A DNA stretch of 64,000 bases from the NCBI GenBank assembly GCA_013239625.1, contig MU053588.1, positions 2,614,508-2,678,507 on the forward strand, written 5' to 3'. The notes beneath the pieces are model-generated. The model saw only the letters and a list, made by a program, of their open reading frames with translations, ran no database searches and was not told the DNA's origin. How positions within the stretch are numbered: position 1 is the stretch's first letter; every line of letters begins with the position of its first letter. This document shows positions 60,966 to 64,000 of this stretch, piece by piece. Made by a program: the position numbers and the translations under genes. Source of the stretch: Lama guanicoe (taxonomy: Eukaryota).

Positions 60966-62135
60966 TTCGTTCCTTCTCTGATATCACCCGGGAGTGTGCA
61001 CTTGACAGAGAGGTTCTAGGAACCCATACTTCCTGCTCTGGCTGCCAGGTGACCTATTCATCCCCTACCTCTGCTGCTCTCCCTAGGTGTTGGCAGAGAT
61101 ACCATGCTAGACATTCCAAGGGCCACACGTGTGTGTGTGTGTGTTTATTTTTGTGGCTATGGGAGAGCATGCACTGTCCCTAGTTTTGGTCGTGTTTGTG
61201 TGTGTGTGCTTGTACATGCTGGTCCATGCCTGCTTGCATGCACGTGTGCTTGCACAATTCTTACATGTGAAGGAGTGTTTGCACTGATTGACTGTACCCA
61301 TTTTGTTTCTGCATGTGAGTCTGCACGTGCTGATGTGTGTATTTTTGCACGTGTGCAGACTTCTCTGTACTTATACGGTTTCATACCTGAAGGTGTATGT
61401 GCATTTTTGTGGTGGTGGTGGTAGTGTGTGTTCATGGGTGTGAGGGTGTGTGTGTATGTGAATGTGTGTGTGTGCATCAACCAGTCCCTATCCTTATAGA
61501 ACCTGCAGGCTCTTAGCATCTGTCTCTTTTGTCCCCCTTCCTCCTTCGCCCTCCCTTCTGTGACAGCCACATATACGAGTGATGGGAGAAACAGAACAAG
61601 GCGGGGAGAGACACAGAACCAATGAGACTCAGAGGCAGAGGCAGAGGGGGTCAGGGCGAGACAGATTGAGACCTGGCAGGTGGAGCATTTTGGGTCTTCT
61701 GGAATTTGGATCGCTCTGACCTGCTTCCTGCTCTGTCTTCATAGCGCAAGACTTTTCTCTGGCCCTCACCATCTCTCCTGCTATCTCTCCCTGTCTCAGT
61801 GTCTCTGTTTCCCCCTTTAGACTCTGAGCTCCAGGAGCACAGAGACTGGGTCCAGTTTGACTTATGTCCACTGGGCTTGCCACTATCTCCAGCATCCCTC
61901 TGAGCCTGTCCCCATCCAGCCTCTAGCAAGCTCAGCCCATATTTGCTGAATATGTGAATGACTGGATCTGTGTCCCCCTGCCGTGGCCTGGGCCTGGCTT
62001 TCCCTTATGGAAGGGAAGTGGCAGCATCTTGCTTGCAACGTTAGGCTAACCTCTGGCTGGAACCAGGACTCTGACCCCAGCAGTTGAGTATGTTCCATTG
62101 AACAAGACCTCATGATCTTTCCAAGGGGTGGAACC

Positions 62136-62183
62136 TATACTTTCCTGACCTTGGAGAGATGACAACATGGACTTTCCTGACCC
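62136..62183 (+). promoter_or_regulatory. PBREM (phenobarbital-responsive enhancer module; CAR/PXR DR4 sites NR1 and NR2)
   Basis: TATACT-ttcc-TGACCT, 16-bp spacer, TGGACT-ttcc-TGACCC; nearly identical to the human CYP2B6 PBREM as I recall it; ~1.3 kb upstream of the ATG. Confidence 0.88.
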
Positions 62184-62588
62184 CTGGTCCTGGCTCCTGC
62201 TGTGTTGTGTAACCTGGTACTGAACTTGGGTCCTTTTTTCAGGCCCAGAAATCACTGATGGGGGAACATGAAGTGCTTTCCACTTAATCCTCACCCTTTG
62301 AGGTAGGTGGTGTTATCACCTACACTCTATAGCTGAAGGGAGTGAAGCACAGAGAGGTTAAGACCTTGCCCAAGGTCACACAGCAATCTAGAGGTAAAAT
62401 CAGGCATCAAACGCAGACAATCTAGTTCTGGAGCCTGTTATTTCAACCACTTCACTGTGCTGCCTTTCCAAGAAAAATGTGAATAGAATAAAATAAATGC
62501 ATGTAAAATAGACCATGAAGGCACATTAATTGGTGATCCTGGAGTAAAAACATCAATAAAACAATGAGACGTGATAGATCTTATCACT

Positions 62589-62620
<32 letters not shown>

Positions 62621-62884
62621 ACAAAGACATCTCTTTCATGCAGAGATGAGACATTGAGAAACAGAAAGGAAAACAGATAGAAAGGGTGAGAGGCAGAAGA
62701 GGATATAAGTTCTGGGGGAAAGGGTTCTATAGATAAATAAGCAAAGGAGAGAATGGGTTAAACAAAGGTAAAGTGGTTTATTTTTCCTGCAGGACTTCTC
62801 AGGGCCTTTAGATTGCTAATGTGTGCTGTCAGTAACTCACCAAGAGCGGGTTCAGAATTTACAGCAGCTCCCAGGCCATTTGAC

Positions 62885-62911
62885 TTTCTTTCTTTCTTTC
62901 TTTCTTTCTTC

Positions 62912-62981
<70 letters not shown>

Positions 62982-63148
62982 CTCTTTCTTTCTCTCTTTC
63001 TCTAAAAAACTTTCTTTCTTTCTTTCTTCCTTCCTTCCTTCCTTCCTTCCTTCCTTCCTTCCTTCCTTTCTTTCTCTCTTTCTTTCTTTCTTTTCTTTCT
63101 TTCTTTTTCTTTCTTTCTTTTTTTTCTTTCTTTCTTCCCTTTTTTTTA
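62885..63148. repeat. (CTTT)n/(CCTT)n compound microsatellite
   Basis: Tetranucleotide pyrimidine runs. Confidence 0.95.
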
Positions 63149-63229
63149 TAGGACCCATCACCATCTCCCAGGTCAAGGTGGAGGGAGCACACTCCAGGAA
63201 GTGTTCACATGTCAGAATTAAGCACTAAT

Positions 63230-63710
63230 TTTTAGAGTCAGACAGACTGAGTCTCAAACCTCAGCTTCATCATTTATCTGTCATGCCCGACACTTGGGCA
63301 AGTGTCTGCTCCTCTTTGAGCCTCAGGTTTCCTCATTGGGAAAATGTGGGTACCTACCCTACAGGGTGGTTGTGAGAATGGAACTGAGACCCAGTATGCG
63401 GGCAGCTTGGTACATAGTAAGTGCTCAGTGAATACATCGCTGAGAGACAGACTCAGAGACTGCGGCTGAGGGAGGCAGAGGGACAGACAGACCCAGAAAG
63501 AGAGTGAGAAACTCAAGACAAAGTGATAGTGTGACCATGAAGGACACAGTAAGCATTCACTTATTCATTCAACAAACATTTATTGGTTACCTACATTTAT
63601 TGAGCCCTATTCTAGGCACTGGAGATGCAGCAGTGAACAAAACAGGTAAATACCCTGGCTCTCACAGAGCTAACATTCTGTAGGAGGGACAGATGATAAG
63701 GAAACAGCGA
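63230..63710. mobile_element. MIR and L2 remnants
   Basis: 'gagcctcaggtttcctcattgggaaaatg' (MIR core) and 'cattcaacaaacatttattg' (L2 tail). Confidence 0.65.
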
Positions 63711-64000
63711 TAAATATAGTAGTTCACAGAGCGACAGTTAAAATTCAGGCATCAAGTCCTGGGTTACCCTTCCTGGTTGTTGTTCTGCCAGCGTTCATTT
63801 TGATTGATCTGTGTCTACGTGTACAAAGTGCAAGGTAGTTTGATTATCTTCCTTGGAGTGTGGCAAGTGGAGCAGGGTTAGGAGGCACAAAGAAGGAAAC
63901 TGTGATACTGGAGGCTTTAAGAGGACAGGCATGGTGAAGAGATAACGAAAGATGGCAAGAAAACATGGAAGCCCAGAGACTGAAGAACAGAGAGACAGAC

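Noticed and set aside
61127..61475. TG/CA-rich tract upstream of CYP2B with His/Thr-rich ORFs
   Set aside because: Degenerate dinucleotide repeat; the ORFs are low-complexity artefacts

Overview
Mammalian genomic DNA, very probably camelid (five tRNA-Ala-derived SINEs of the vic-1 type), from the CYP2ABFGST cluster. Right half, minus strand: an intact 9-exon CYP2B gene (60878->49378, 494 aa, all introns GT-AG) with a recognisable PBREM enhancer at 62136-62183, apparently inverted relative to the human/mouse arrangement. About 1.6 kb past its polyA signal lies a strongly diverged second CYP2B-like 9-exon gene (47503->~37693), disabled by only two small frameshifts (a 19-bp duplication in exon 2, a 1-bp deletion in exon 9). 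Left half: a nested retroelement stack. An old class-I ERV (LTRs 6296-6741 and 29535-30044, 4-bp TSD) contains an older L1, which is interrupted by a full-length 7.1-kb L1 with intact ORF1 and ORF2 and a 14-bp TSD. The ERV also holds a 1731-bp near-identical tandem duplication, a rearranged L1 and an antisense two-exon fragment of an unidentified gene. Other oddities: an 85-nt hairpin fused to a 22-bp perfect palindrome at 2914-3018, a 27-bp CCAAT repeat in an intron, and an ancient ~19-bp array split by the ERV. Coordinates were counted by hand; repeat family names come from recognition, not a database search.
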